From Candidatus Cloacimonadales bacterium (GTDB lineage Bacteria; Cloacimonadota; Cloacimonadia; Cloacimonadales; JAIOQZ01), in NCBI GenBank assembly GCA_963665815.1, contig OY762463.1, forward strand, positions 512,001 to 576,000: 64,000 nt of DNA, given 5' to 3'. The notes below the pieces were generated by a model. The model was not told where the DNA came from. It did not search any database and saw only the letters and a program-made list of their open reading frames with translations. A program made the translations under genes and the position numbers. This document shows, piece after piece, positions 27,905-38,506 of this stretch; within the stretch, counting starts at the first letter, position 1; each line of letters begins with the position of its first letter.

Positions 27905-29050
27905 CAGATTCTTCGGAGCTCAATCTACTTATCTTACTGATAATGATAATGATGAAAGCTCCCTGAGTCCCGATTATGTCGGGAAAGGGAATTTGCCGTG
28001 AACAAAAGAAACGACCAAAATCACGTTTTACACACACTGTGAGCGGAGTCGAAGGGGAAAAGATACATAAAGAAAGAATAAAGTAATTAATCCGGGAAAT
28101 CAATTGTTTGCTCAATAGCAAAATTACCCGACCTCGAAAAATCGATTCTAAGCGACGATAATAATTTCCGAATGATATTAGACTCGGAATATTAAATTAA
28201 ATCCCAAAACAGCCTTAAAATCGATATTTACATTTTTACATAAAACTTGACAGCTTGCTGAGATTAACAAAACTTAATACATCTTAACCAAAAGAACCCC
28301 AAACAATTAAATAAACATATTAAAGTTTACATAATGTAGATTATAATACATTGTGACTGTTTTTAAGAAAAGGGTACCCTATTCACTTTTTTCAGTTATT
28401 TTTGCATCCATCAAAAACACGAAAGTATTGATTATCAAGTTCAATGATACATACCTTTGGAATGGTCGAAGATCTTTATCAATCATTCCCTTCTCAATGA
28501 TTCTCGAAGTGATCCTTGTGAATGGTGTAAATATGCAATGGTCGTATCGAAAACTTCTTTGAAATGTCTGAACCTTGATCTTCATGATTTTCTTGATATA
28601 ATGATTTATGATGCAAAGCATCGTTTGCAGGGAACAATAATCATTGCTCCGTCTTGTATGATTATTGATAGGAGAGATGCTGCAATGTATGAGCCTCAGT
28701 CTCAGAATTATATACCCAGCTCTACCCTATGATTCTTTTCAACAACGAAAAACATGAAAGGACACGAAAAAGAAATTGAATTATTGAAAATATGTAGCAG
28801 ATTTTCCCGATAACTCGGGACTCAAGCAGCTTAACTTACTGATAAATACCAGGATAGAAGATCCCTGAGCGGAGTCGAAGGGAAAAGACTGAGAGCAAAA
28901 GTACGATAAAATTTACTTTTTTACACAGTCTGTCAGGGAACTTTTTAACTATATCTTTATCTATAGGTTAAATCCCCGTAGTCTTGATTAAGTCGGGAAA
29001 GGGAATTAATTTCAAATGAACAGAACAACATAAATGAGGTTTTACACATA
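27905..29050. repeat. Cluster of degenerate REP-like composite repeats
   Basis: 27905-27990 resembles 28798-28883; TGAGCGGAGTCGAAGGG at 28040 and 28866; TCCCGAT-Nn-TCGGGA at 27968, 28805 and (degenerate) 28982. Confidence 0.75.
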
Positions 29051-29128
29051 GAATTAATGGGGACAACAATATCACACTATTATGGAATGTCTCTGACCAT
29101 TCCAAAGATGTTTATCCAGGTACAAAAA

Positions 29129-29858
29129 CCACCTCTTCCCTATTTTGTTTGACATTTTTATCAACTGATTGTTAATTTTGCCAAAAAGGATGTTACTATG
29201 GATTTGGCATACTTTATTTTTTAAGGAGTTTAAGATGGAAATAAAAATTAACTACAATTATAAGGATTATGAAAAGGCAAACAATATTCATTATTCTTTA
29301 TTATTCATGAAACCAATATATTTACTATTTAAATTATTAATTATATACCTTGCTCTCGTGCAAGTTGGAACAATTTATACTAAAGGTTTTTCATTTTACT
29401 CAGCATTCTGGTTATTCTTCTCTCTAAACTATATTTTTCCTAATTTGATTATATTGAAGATAGCATATCGAATATCATTTAAAAAGCAAAAAATGCTGCA
29501 AAACGAAAATACAATTCAAATATTTGATGATTATATTATAGAAAATACCGGAATAAGTGAATCAAAGTTTACTGAATTTGAGAAAATTGTTATTACTAAT
29601 GAGACTATTCTTCTATATAATACAAGAGTTACTTTTATCATTATTCCCAGAAGAGCTTTGAATGAGATTGAGTTTGAGAGAGTAATTAGCATTGTTAAAG
29701 AATTTAAAACGAGTAAATTAGTTAATAAATTTCGTAAAAAATAAGTCCGTAATTTCGTTTTAAAATGATCTTGTACTTTATATCCACCTCTTCCCTATTT
29801 TGTTTGACATTTTTATCAACTGATTGTTAATTTTGCAAAAAAGGATGTTAATATGGAT
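29129..29858 (+). repeat. 75-bp direct repeat of promoter, RBS and start (29129-29203 and 29784-29858)
   Basis: 73/75 identical; contains TTGACA, AAGGA and ATGGAT. Confidence 0.9.
29235..29744 (+). CDS. YcxB-family membrane protein
   Basis: AAGGAG RBS; MEIKINYNYKDY; two TM helices; C-terminal ILLY...FIIIPRRA. Confidence 0.75.
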   Translation: MEIKINYNYKDYEKANNIHYSLLFMKPIYLLFKLLIIYLALVQVGTIYTKGFSFYSAFWLFFSLNYIFPNLIILKIAYRISFKKQKMLQNENTIQIFDDYIIENTGISESKFTEFEKIVITNETILLYNTRVTFIIIPRRALNEIEFERVISIVKEFKTSKLVNKFRKK

Positions 29859-30260
29859 ATTGATTACGCATTTACAGATAAAAAGACCGTACCTACAGCC
29901 GAGACCTTACAGGAAGCATTAAAAGAAGTACACAGCTTTTATCTCGATATGCTTGCTGTTACAAATGCATTTGATACTAAATGGACATTTTACAAAGGCT
30001 GGACCCTCAAGATATTCTCCAGGTAGAAAGCCCTCTGTTACATTATCCCCTGTAGTTCCCATTTCCACCTCAATATGGCAATCCGCCCCAAAGAAAGAGA
30101 CGCATTCCTCGCCGATCCTGAAATGCTGCCTTACCACCACGACCTTTCCAACTCCGAGAAGTTTATGGAAGGCTATGCAATGAGATTTAAGGTTATAGAC
30201 AAACCCAGCTATGACTATTGCAAGAGGTTTGTTGAGAGGTTAGTTGGGGTTAGGGGGTGA
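29853..30260 (+). pseudogene. DUF3788-like protein interrupted by an in-frame TAG (30024-30026)
   Basis: MDIDYAFTDKKTVPT...KWTFYKGWTLKIFSR*KALCYIIP...MAIRPKE...EGYAMRFKV, all in one frame. Confidence 0.75.
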
Positions 30261-30302
30261 CTATTTCAGGAGCTTAAGAAACTACAATTATTACTTCAAG
30301 GT

Positions 30303-31130
30303 TTACTCATTTTGCATCATCACTTCACTTATTTCAGCAATCTTTTGTCCAACACTTGTTAGATCAAATCTCCATAGATTACTTCTTGAGTATGTCCCAA
30401 AAATATTGTGAGATTCTTCTGATATATTTTGGATAGTTTCCTTAAAATAGGTAAAGTTTTGATTACCCAGTATACTGGAATAAAGTTTATAAAACTGAAA
30501 CAATGGTCTATCACTTTCAAGCGTATACAATGGTCTAAGTGTAATAGATTTACAATAGTCTAAATGTCGTATATCCAGGTCGGTGAATGCAAACTTTGTA
30601 TTCAAAGGTATTATTTTTTTTTCTACAAATTCTTGAAAATCACTAATGCTATTTACTGACTCATCCTTAAACGTGAGCAAGTATATTAGTCTCAATGTGA
30701 AAATTTGGTTTCTATTCATTAATGGGATAGTCTGAATACAAGCATCTAAAATAATTTTTAACAGATCATTGTTGCTATTCAATGCTCTCTCAATCAAAGT
30801 TTCCAACAACATTGTTTTGTGTTCTATCCTTCCAGATTTTGCGTATTCTATTTCAGCATTCATAAGAGATACTTGCATGCTGGGCTCCTTAAATACTTCC
30901 AAATTATCTGGGCATGTTTCAATAAATCTTCTCGCAAACTCAATATTGAAATCTTTAAATCGTCTATTTGCCGTTTTTCTGGATTCTTCAAAGTATGGAA
31001 ACATTTCTCTAATTTTTAACTCAACAATATTTTTTATTGCATCCTCATCAAGTGCAATATTGTTTATTATTAAATTTTCTGCTTGTATATTATTATTGCT
31101 ATTCTTACCTACTGTTTTCTTGATTGTCAT
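30303..31130 (-). CDS. LPO_1073/Vpar_1526-like protein
   Basis: EPSMQVSLMNAEIEYAKSG...LLETLIER...IILDACIQTIP pattern; N-terminal NSNNNIQA. Confidence 0.65.
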   Translation of the reverse strand: MTIKKTVGKNSNNNIQAENLIINNIALDEDAIKNIVELKIREMFPYFEESRKTANRRFKDFNIEFARRFIETCPDNLEVFKEPSMQVSLMNAEIEYAKSGRIEHKTMLLETLIERALNSNNDLLKIILDACIQTIPLMNRNQIFTLRLIYLLTFKDESVNSISDFQEFVEKKIIPLNTKFAFTDLDIRHLDYCKSITLRPLYTLESDRPLFQFYKLYSSILGNQNFTYFKETIQNISEESHNIFGTYSRSNLWRFDLTSVGQKIAEISEVMMQNE

Positions 31131-31330
31131 TTGTTTTTGTCCTTACTATCTTCATTATTATTTATATTCACATTTCCATTAATCTGTATATTATTATTGG
31201 ACTTATTACCTATTTTTTGATTATTGCTATTACTTCTCCTAATCAGACTGAAAATAGTTGTTATAATTAATACGCCAATACCACTAAAAATCCATTTATA
31301 ATTAAATTTAATAATATCTATAATATCCAT
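31127..31330 (-). CDS. Small single-TM protein with Asn-rich tail
   Basis: NYKWIFSGIGVLII; AGGAG RBS; ATGA overlap with the downstream gene. Confidence 0.7.
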   Translation of the reverse strand: MDIIDIIKFNYKWIFSGIGVLIITTIFSLIRRSNSNNQKIGNKSNNNIQINGNVNINNNEDSKDKNK

Positions 31331-31469
31331 ACATATCTCCTTTTACACAAACAATCACAGTTGCATTTCATATAAAATTATCATAACACCAATGGCTATA
31401 TATCATAGCTTCCCATAAACATAACAAGGAATGAGCATCATTTCATATTTTGTCAATTCAAAAATAAAA

Positions 31470-31497
31470 AGAGGGTGAACTAAATTCATTCACCCTC
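31470..31497 (-). terminator. Terminator
   Basis: GAGGGTGAA/TTCACCCTC hairpin preceded by an A-run on +. Confidence 0.65.
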
Positions 31498-31535
31498 AAC
31501 ACTTAATAATCAATAGAATAAATTTTGTTAATTGT

Positions 31536-32033
31536 CTATATCAATTCATATATTTTTGCAAGCAAACGAAATGCTTTCATCTTATCTTGCATTACTATAT
31601 GGAAATTGTTTCCTTCAGAGTTAGTTTTTAATTTCTTCACACCTGTAAAATCTATCTCTGAGATAGATTTGAGTTTCCATTTACAATTAGTTTGATCATT
31701 ACAAACTTCTCTTTCAAATAGATTTCCTATATCACTATTAATGATACAATAAAGTGAATATACAAACTCATCTTTAGAAGTCAGAAACTCTGTAATATAA
31801 CGTCTCCTTAGAATCTTTATCACTTCAGACATTTCAGTTTTCTTCAATAAACTTCTACCTTTATCTGATTTACATTTTACACTAAATCCAGCTGCTTCAA
31901 CTGATTTTGTATAAATGCCAGTTGCAGCATATTCTATGCAGAACCTTATTTCTCTTAAAGACAGTTTAGAAATGTATTCTTTTAGTTCAAGAATATATTT
32001 TCCCTCATCTACATGATTTTTTGTTTTTTTCAT
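31536..32033 (-). CDS. Phage terminase small subunit-like protein
   Basis: LSLREIRFCIEY...TKSVEAAGFS...GRSLLK HTH pattern and C-terminal DKMKAFRLLAK; AAGGAGG RBS. Confidence 0.7.
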   Translation of the reverse strand: MKKTKNHVDEGKYILELKEYISKLSLREIRFCIEYAATGIYTKSVEAAGFSVKCKSDKGRSLLKKTEMSEVIKILRRRYITEFLTSKDEFVYSLYCIINSDIGNLFEREVCNDQTNCKWKLKSISEIDFTGVKKLKTNSEGNNFHIVMQDKMKAFRLLAKIYELI

Positions 32034-32247
32034 TATAGCCCTCCTTAAAGGCTAATATTTATTCTCATCAATTATTAAATGTTTATAAAGAGTATTTTTT
32101 TTACATAAGAAGATTTAATAATGTTTTCTACATTAGTAAATGACCTCATTAATTAAGAATAAGAAATCGTCACTATATTGTCAATAACAAAAAAACACCC
32201 ATCTAACGACAGGTGTTCTAAAAGTATTTTATATTAGCTAAAAACTG

Positions 32248-33618
32248 TTACAGAATGTATCTCGAAAGATCTTCATTCTTCACGAGATCGCTCAGTTTTT
32301 CAACAACTATTTCTTTATTAATGTTAATGCTCTTGTACTTGGTTTCCGGCATTTCAAACAGGTATTCTTCCAGGAGAGTACTCAGGATTGTGTGCAGTCT
32401 TCTTGCTCCAATATCTTCCATCTTTTCGTTGGCATCGGCCGCATAAGCAGCAAGCTCGGAAATAGCCTCTGCTTCAAAGCTGAGTTTTACGCGTTCTGTT
32501 TTGAATAAGGCTTCGTACTGCTTAATAAGAGCGTTTTTAGGTATAGTGAGTATCTTTTCAAAATCTTCTCTCGTCAGACTGTTAAGCTCAACGCGGATCG
32601 GGAATCTACCCTGCAGTTCCGGAATTAAATCGGACGGCTTGGCTGTATGGAATGCACCGGCAGCAATAAACAGAATATGAGATGTATTGATAATACCGTG
32701 TTTTGTCGGCACGTTAGATCCTTCTACAATCGGGAGTAAATCGCGCTGTACACCGGATCTGGAAACATCGGTTTTGTTATCTTTATTTGTAGAAGCAATT
32801 TTATCAATCTCATCAATAAAGATAATGCCGTGGTTCTCTACCTTATCTTTGGCAATCTCCATAACCTTTTCTTTATTCACAAGTCTGGTTTCTTCCGCCT
32901 GCTGCAGATGGGCAAGAGCCTGAGGTACTTTCATACTCTTAGCTTTCTTATCTTTCTTCTGCGGCATCATATTGGAGATCATCTCCCCTATGTTCAGGTC
33001 AAAAGCTTCGAACCCGATGTTAGAGAATACTTCCACATGGGGTGGTCCTGCATTCTCAACACTGATTTCCACATCTCTGTCGTCAAGCTGTCCGTCTTCC
33101 AGTTTCTTAAGGAACTTGGCTCTGGTTCGCTTGTAGCTTGCCAGTTTTTCTTCATAATCAACATCTGAGTTCTCGCTGGTGAAAGACTTCTTAGGTGGAG
33201 GCAGCATCTGATCGAGAAGCTTATGTTTTGCATTCTCAAAGGCCTTTGCTTTAACCTGCTCAACAAGTTCCGCTCTGGTGTCATTGATTGCAACATCCAT
33301 GAGCTCACGCACCATAGATTCCACATCACGTCCAACATAACCGACTTCGGTAAATTTTGAAGCTTCTACCTTAATGAAAGGGGCATTGGCGAGCTTGGAA
33401 AGCCTTCTTGCTATCTCGGTCTTCCCCACTCCGGTTGGCCCGATAAGAATTATATTGTTTGGCATAATCTCTGACTGAATATCTGTTTTAACATTCTGTC
33501 TACGCCATCTGTTTCTCATGGCAATAGCAACATGACGCTTGGCTTCATCCTGCCCGATAATGTATTTATTGAGTTCTTTTACTATTTTTCTTGGTGTCAG
33601 TGTTTTCATTTCCGCCAT
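32248..33618 (-). CDS. hslU: ATP-dependent protease ATPase subunit HslU
   Basis: GPTGVGKTEIARR, GYVG, FIDEIDK, PELQGRFP, DLSRYIL. Confidence 0.97.
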   Translation of the reverse strand: MAEMKTLTPRKIVKELNKYIIGQDEAKRHVAIAMRNRWRRQNVKTDIQSEIMPNNIILIGPTGVGKTEIARRLSKLANAPFIKVEASKFTEVGYVGRDVESMVRELMDVAINDTRAELVEQVKAKAFENAKHKLLDQMLPPPKKSFTSENSDVDYEEKLASYKRTRAKFLKKLEDGQLDDRDVEISVENAGPPHVEVFSNIGFEAFDLNIGEMISNMMPQKKDKKAKSMKVPQALAHLQQAEETRLVNKEKVMEIAKDKVENHGIIFIDEIDKIASTNKDNKTDVSRSGVQRDLLPIVEGSNVPTKHGIINTSHILFIAAGAFHTAKPSDLIPELQGRFPIRVELNSLTREDFEKILTIPKNALIKQYEALFKTERVKLSFEAEAISELAAYAADANEKMEDIGARRLHTILSTLLEEYLFEMPETKYKSININKEIVVEKLSDLVKNEDLSRYIL

Positions 33619-33619
33619 A

Positions 33620-34153
33620 CTAAATTTCCTCAATTACCAGATTATTGTTTGTATAAATGCAAATCTCCGAAGCGATATTCAGAGACGTTTCGACTATCTC
33701 TTTCAAATCCAGATCAGGATTTTTCATAGTAAGAGCTTTAGCAGAAGCCAGAGCATACGAACCGCCTGAACCGATTGCAGCAATGCCGTCGTTTGGTTCA
33801 ACTACATCACCGTTACCGGTAAGGATCAGAATTGTTTCTTTATCAGCCACAATAATCATAGCTTCCAGTCTTCTCAGAATCTTGTCTGAACGCCAGTCCT
33901 TAGCAAGCTCGACTGCAGATTTTCTTAAATTGCCTTTATATTCTTTTAGTTTAATGTCAAATTTTTCGAAAAGCGTAAATGCATCGGCTGTCGCACCGGC
34001 AAATCCGGCGATAATTCTGTCGTAATACAGTTTTCTGATCTTCACTGCATTAGATTTCAGTACGGTATGCCCGAATGTAACCTGTCCGTCCCCGCCAATA
34101 ACTGCTTTTCCGTCTTTAATAATACCAAGTATTGTTGTTCCTCTGATATCCAT
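33620..34153 (-). CDS. hslV: ATP-dependent protease peptidase subunit HslV
   Basis: [25 protein letters not shown]. Confidence 0.97.
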   Translation of the reverse strand: MDIRGTTILGIIKDGKAVIGGDGQVTFGHTVLKSNAVKIRKLYYDRIIAGFAGATADAFTLFEKFDIKLKEYKGNLRKSAVELAKDWRSDKILRRLEAMIIVADKETILILTGNGDVVEPNDGIAAIGSGGSYALASAKALTMKNPDLDLKEIVETSLNIASEICIYTNNNLVIEEI

Positions 34154-34177
34154 TTTTACTCCATAATCTATCTAAAA

Positions 34178-36199
34178 CTAAGATTCTTTCGAATCATCAG
34201 TTTCATTTACTTCTATATTCTCAGTTTTTTCAGCTTCTTCAGTTTCTTCTGCTGCTGCTTCGATATCCTCATCATGCATTTCGGAACTGAGAACCATTTC
34301 CAGAGCGATTGCTCTGCGCTTCTCAATAAATTCCTTCATATCGTCATCAACATGCTTCATCACAGTATCAAAAATTTCGGTAGCTCCCATTGTCTCTTTT
34401 TCATAGAGCTCCATGGACAGTACTTCAAGCAATTCCTTATGTTCTGTCAAGATAGCCATAGCTTTCTCATGTGCTTCATGAATAATATCCCTGATCTCCT
34501 GATCAATAATCTCAGCAGTTTTCTCAGAATGATAATCACTTTGCGTTAGCTCTTTACCAAGGAAGACCTGCTCGTTTTCCTTACCGACTTTCATAGGACC
34601 TATCTTCCTGCTCATACCCCAGTGACAGACCATTTTGGTTACAATATCAGTTGCTCTTTGAATATCGTTTCCTGCACCGGTTGTAAGTTCGTTGAAAATA
34701 ATCTCTTCGGCACAACGTCCACCCAGCAGAGAAACAAGTTTCTGCTCCAGATAGCTTCTGGAATAACTGGATTTATCTGTCTGCAGATAGTGAGTAGCTC
34801 CACCGGTAAATCCACGAGGTATGATAGATACTTTATGCACCGGTTCAACCTTATCCAGAAAAACTGATGTGAGTACGTGTCCAACTTCATGATAAGATGT
34901 ATTTTTCTTTTCCTCTTCGGAAATTACTTTCGATTTTCTTGCTTTTCCAAGTACTTGCTTGTCTTTAGCTTCTTCAAAGTCATCCATCTCGATTCTTTTC
35001 TTGTTTTTACGGGCAGCAAGAAGTGCGGCTTCGTTTACAAGGTTAGCAAGGTCTGCCCCGCTGAATCCGGATGTTCCTCTGGCAACAATAGAAAGATTAA
35101 CTGAATCAGCAAGCGGGAGCTTTTTAACGTGTACTTTAAGAATAGCTTCACGACCTTTAATATCCGGCAGATCAACCACAACCTGTCTGTCAAAACGCCC
35201 CGGACGAAGTAACGCCGGGTCAAGTACATCAGGTCTGTTTGTTGCGGCGATAATTATGACTGAATCATTTGCTTCAAAACCGTCCATTTCAACGAGTAAC
35301 TGGTTAAGAGTCTGTTCTCTTTCATCGTGACCACCACCGAGACCGCTTCCTCTGTGACGACCGACAGCATCAATCTCATCGATAAAAGCTATACACGGTG
35401 AGTTTTTCTTTGCGTTTTCAAAAAGGTCTCTAACTCTGGATGCACCTACACCAACGAACATTTCCACAAAATCAGATCCACTGATACTGAAGAAAGGCAC
35501 TTTGGCTTCTCCTGCTACTGCTTTGGCAAGAAGGGTTTTACCTGTACCCGGTCTACCGAGAAGAAGTACACCGCGAGGGATTCTTCCACCAAGTTTCTGG
35601 AATTTAGAAGGTGATTTAAGGAATTCAACGATTTCCTCAAGTTCTTCTTTAGCTTCTTTAACTCCTGCGACATCTTTAAATGTGATGTTGGTTTTACCGC
35701 CAAGGAAGAGTTTCGCTTTGCTTTTACCAAAACTGAAAGCTTTTCTGCCACCACCCTGCATTGATCTCATCATGAACAGCCAGAACCCTATAATTAAGAG
35801 GAATGGCAGAATGTTCATCAGGAAAGCGAACATCTTGGATGGTTTCTTGGAAGAAACATTGATTCCTGCAGATGTAAGCTCTTTCATGAAATCAGGATCA
35901 GGATACATAGGGAGAAGAGTATGATATTTCTGGCTATCTGCATCAATGTACTCAACATCTCTGTCTACAAATTGGGCTTCCATGATACTGCCGCTCTTTG
36001 CCATAGACATGAATGTTGAATATGTTACTTCTTTTATCTGACTTTTTCGTATCATCGGCTGAATGTTCCAAAGGGCAGCCATAATAAGTGCTATGACAAT
36101 CCACATTGTGACTGTCTGCATCTTTTTAGGTCTGTTCGGCGGCATTCCACCCGGTTTATTATTATTGTTACGATTATTATCGTTTCTATTTTGCATCAT
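34178..36199 (-). CDS. ftsH: ATP-dependent zinc metalloprotease FtsH
   Basis: Two TM helices, [22 protein letters not shown]. Confidence 0.97.
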   Translation of the reverse strand: MMQNRNDNNRNNNNKPGGMPPNRPKKMQTVTMWIVIALIMAALWNIQPMIRKSQIKEVTYSTFMSMAKSGSIMEAQFVDRDVEYIDADSQKYHTLLPMYPDPDFMKELTSAGINVSSKKPSKMFAFLMNILPFLLIIGFWLFMMRSMQGGGRKAFSFGKSKAKLFLGGKTNITFKDVAGVKEAKEELEEIVEFLKSPSKFQKLGGRIPRGVLLLGRPGTGKTLLAKAVAGEAKVPFFSISGSDFVEMFVGVGASRVRDLFENAKKNSPCIAFIDEIDAVGRHRGSGLGGGHDEREQTLNQLLVEMDGFEANDSVIIIAATNRPDVLDPALLRPGRFDRQVVVDLPDIKGREAILKVHVKKLPLADSVNLSIVARGTSGFSGADLANLVNEAALLAARKNKKRIEMDDFEEAKDKQVLGKARKSKVISEEEKKNTSYHEVGHVLTSVFLDKVEPVHKVSIIPRGFTGGATHYLQTDKSSYSRSYLEQKLVSLLGGRCAEEIIFNELTTGAGNDIQRATDIVTKMVCHWGMSRKIGPMKVGKENEQVFLGKELTQSDYHSEKTAEIIDQEIRDIIHEAHEKAMAILTEHKELLEVLSMELYEKETMGATEIFDTVMKHVDDDMKEFIEKRRAIALEMVLSSEMHDEDIEAAAEETEEAEKTENIEVNETDDSKES

Positions 36200-36732
36200 T
36201 TATAAACTTCCTCCTTAAGGATTCCGATGTAAGGCAGATTTCTGTATTTTTCAGCAAAATCTAACCCGTACCCGACAACAAATTCATTTCCGACTTCAAA
36301 ACCGACATATTCCAGATGAAGATCAGCCTTATGAGCTTCAGGTTTATCCAGTAAGACACATGCTTTGAGTGACGCTGGTTTATGTTTTGACAGATATTTA
36401 AGAAGATACTTCAAAGTCAGACCACTGTCCACAATATCCTCAACGATAATAACATGACGGTCTGTAATGTCTGTATCAATATCTTTTCTGATTTTTACAA
36501 CTCCGGAAGACTGTGTACTGGCTCCATAACTGGAAATACTCATGAAATCCATTTCAACCTGTGCTTCGATAGCACGTACAAGGTCAGCCGTAAATATTGC
36601 GGATCCTCTCAGAATGCAGATTAGTACCGGATTTGTATCTTTATAATCTTCAGCTATTTTCTTTCCTAATTCGTTAATTTTTCCCTGAAGCTTTTCTTTA
36701 GAAAGTAGAATTTTCTCTATATCGTTATGCAT
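36196..36732 (-). CDS. hpt: Hypoxanthine phosphoribosyltransferase
   Basis: [27 protein letters not shown]. Confidence 0.97.
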   Translation of the reverse strand: MHNDIEKILLSKEKLQGKINELGKKIAEDYKDTNPVLICILRGSAIFTADLVRAIEAQVEMDFMSISSYGASTQSSGVVKIRKDIDTDITDRHVIIVEDIVDSGLTLKYLLKYLSKHKPASLKACVLLDKPEAHKADLHLEYVGFEVGNEFVVGYGLDFAEKYRNLPYIGILKEEVYK

Positions 36733-36741
36733 TGTATCCTC

Positions 36742-38166
36742 TTACTTTTTCCTTTCGGCTGAACGCGGTCTGCCTGAGATGATTTTTTCCAGTTTTATCA
36801 TCAAGATATTTTTGGTTTCATCAGAAATAACAACTCTGTTGTCAATTCGTTTCCCACAAATCCAGATGATCTTATTATTATCAGTTAAAACTATAACCTT
36901 ATCTCTGTCGAATTTTGACACTTTTTCGTCAATGAAAAAATCCTTTAATTTCTTATGATGCTTCATGCCGAACGGTATGAATTTATCCCCGGGGAGTCTG
37001 TGACGGAATACAAGAGGAAGCTCCAGTTTGTCATAATCGAAGTAAGCTGTATTCTTATCTTCAAACTGATTCTTCTTCTTTGGCATAACCCTGAACTTTT
37101 TCATGGAAACTCTGTAATTCTCGAATGTGAAACGGTTTCTAACAGAATCTATTATCCTTTCCTGAGGTTCATACTCTTCTATTTTCTCTTTGGTTGTGAA
37201 TATCAGATTTTTGTAGTCTTTCCTGACTATGACATCAGACGGGAGATTGAGTTCTTTACAGCCTTTGGAATGAATTATCTCCTCAATTGCTTCGTAATGA
37301 GATGTATAAAAATCATTTTCATGACCTGTAAACTCACAATATATCTGACGGTAAATGTAAAAACGAATAAGACGTTTCTGTTTGAGTAGATCACGCAGAT
37401 CGAGCGAATGAAACTCCTCTTCAGAATCATCTGTAAGTCTGTGCAGTCTGGAGTTTGTCATTTCTCTGAAGATTTCATCGGCATCCTGAAAGATCAGGCT
37501 CATATCGTAGAGCTTGTCCACAATCTTATGTGACAGGTTTTCTTCCATGCATGGAATAAGAACGTTGCGTACTTTGTTACGATCAAAGTCATTCTTGAAG
37601 TTAGACTGATCTGTGCGATACTCCTGATTCAGTTCTGCGAGAAAACGCTTGATCTCTTTTTTGGTGAATATCAGGAGCGGATGAATCACGTTACCGCTTT
37701 TGACTTCAATTCCCTTCATCCCGGAGATGGCAGAACCGCGTCCCATGCGCAGAAGCAGTGTCTCAGCCTGGTCGTCCTTAGTGTGTCCCAGAGCAATTCT
37801 GTTGATCTTGTATACCTTGAGAAGTCTGTTAAACTGCTCGAAACGAATTTTTCTGGCAGTGTTCTCCAGATTGGCTTTATCAGTTATTTTTGCATTCTTA
37901 ACAACAATATTAACAGCATTCTTGAAGCAATATTCTTTCACAAACTTTTCGTCATTGTCAGAGTCTTCCCCTCTCAATCCGTAGTTGATATGCACGGCAA
38001 GGAGAAAGAGCTTGTATTTGGGTCTGAGTAAACGAAGAGCTTCAATTAACGCAGTGGAATCCGGACCTCCCGAAAAGCCTACAATAAGCTTGTCACGCTG
38101 GTGTATCAGATTGTTTTCGAGCAGAAAAGACTCGAATCTGGCTAGGAATTGTTCTACAAACTGCAT
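36742..38166 (-). CDS. tilS: tRNA(Ile)-lysidine synthetase
   Basis: SGGPDS PP-loop, HTKDDQAET, C-terminal KKLKDFFID. Confidence 0.96.
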   Translation of the reverse strand: MQFVEQFLARFESFLLENNLIHQRDKLIVGFSGGPDSTALIEALRLLRPKYKLFLLAVHINYGLRGEDSDNDEKFVKEYCFKNAVNIVVKNAKITDKANLENTARKIRFEQFNRLLKVYKINRIALGHTKDDQAETLLLRMGRGSAISGMKGIEVKSGNVIHPLLIFTKKEIKRFLAELNQEYRTDQSNFKNDFDRNKVRNVLIPCMEENLSHKIVDKLYDMSLIFQDADEIFREMTNSRLHRLTDDSEEEFHSLDLRDLLKQKRLIRFYIYRQIYCEFTGHENDFYTSHYEAIEEIIHSKGCKELNLPSDVIVRKDYKNLIFTTKEKIEEYEPQERIIDSVRNRFTFENYRVSMKKFRVMPKKKNQFEDKNTAYFDYDKLELPLVFRHRLPGDKFIPFGMKHHKKLKDFFIDEKVSKFDRDKVIVLTDNNKIIWICGKRIDNRVVISDETKNILMIKLEKIISGRPRSAERKK

Positions 38167-38506
38167 GATACTTCCTGTTATTTTTATTCCACTACACTAT
38201 TTAGAAGTAGTTTATAAATGTCAAATAAAAATGTCTTTTGTCGGTATTATGAGTAGAATACCAGTATAAACTCATTATAGCACTTACAGAACTTGAGTTG
38301 TTACGATTTATCGGAATGACTTGAGTTCTCTATTGCAATTCGAGAAGCATATTCTCTACCTGGCAAAGCTATTTGAAGTAGAAAACATTTGTATAAGAGA
38401 AAGTAAGTCTATCCAGATGCAAGATCGGTATAAACTCATTATAATGCTCGTGCTATCGCGTAGAGGCAACCGGACGGTTGTCTTATTTAAAGCTGTTTAC
38501 TAACAC

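Noticed and set aside
28353-28732. Short overlapping ORFs in the repeat-rich spacer
   Set aside because: No RBS or recognisable motif, and the frames conflict.
27846-28931. MITE bounded by AGACTGTGT/ACACAGTCT
   Set aside because: Only a 9-bp inverted match, no clear target duplication and no transposase; too weak to call.
30024-30026. Genome-wide TAG recoding
   Set aside because: Conserved genes (guaA, hslV, topB) end normally in TAG.
32255-38269. Many + strand ORFs opposite hslU-tilS
   Set aside because: Antisense shadows of well-supported housekeeping genes.
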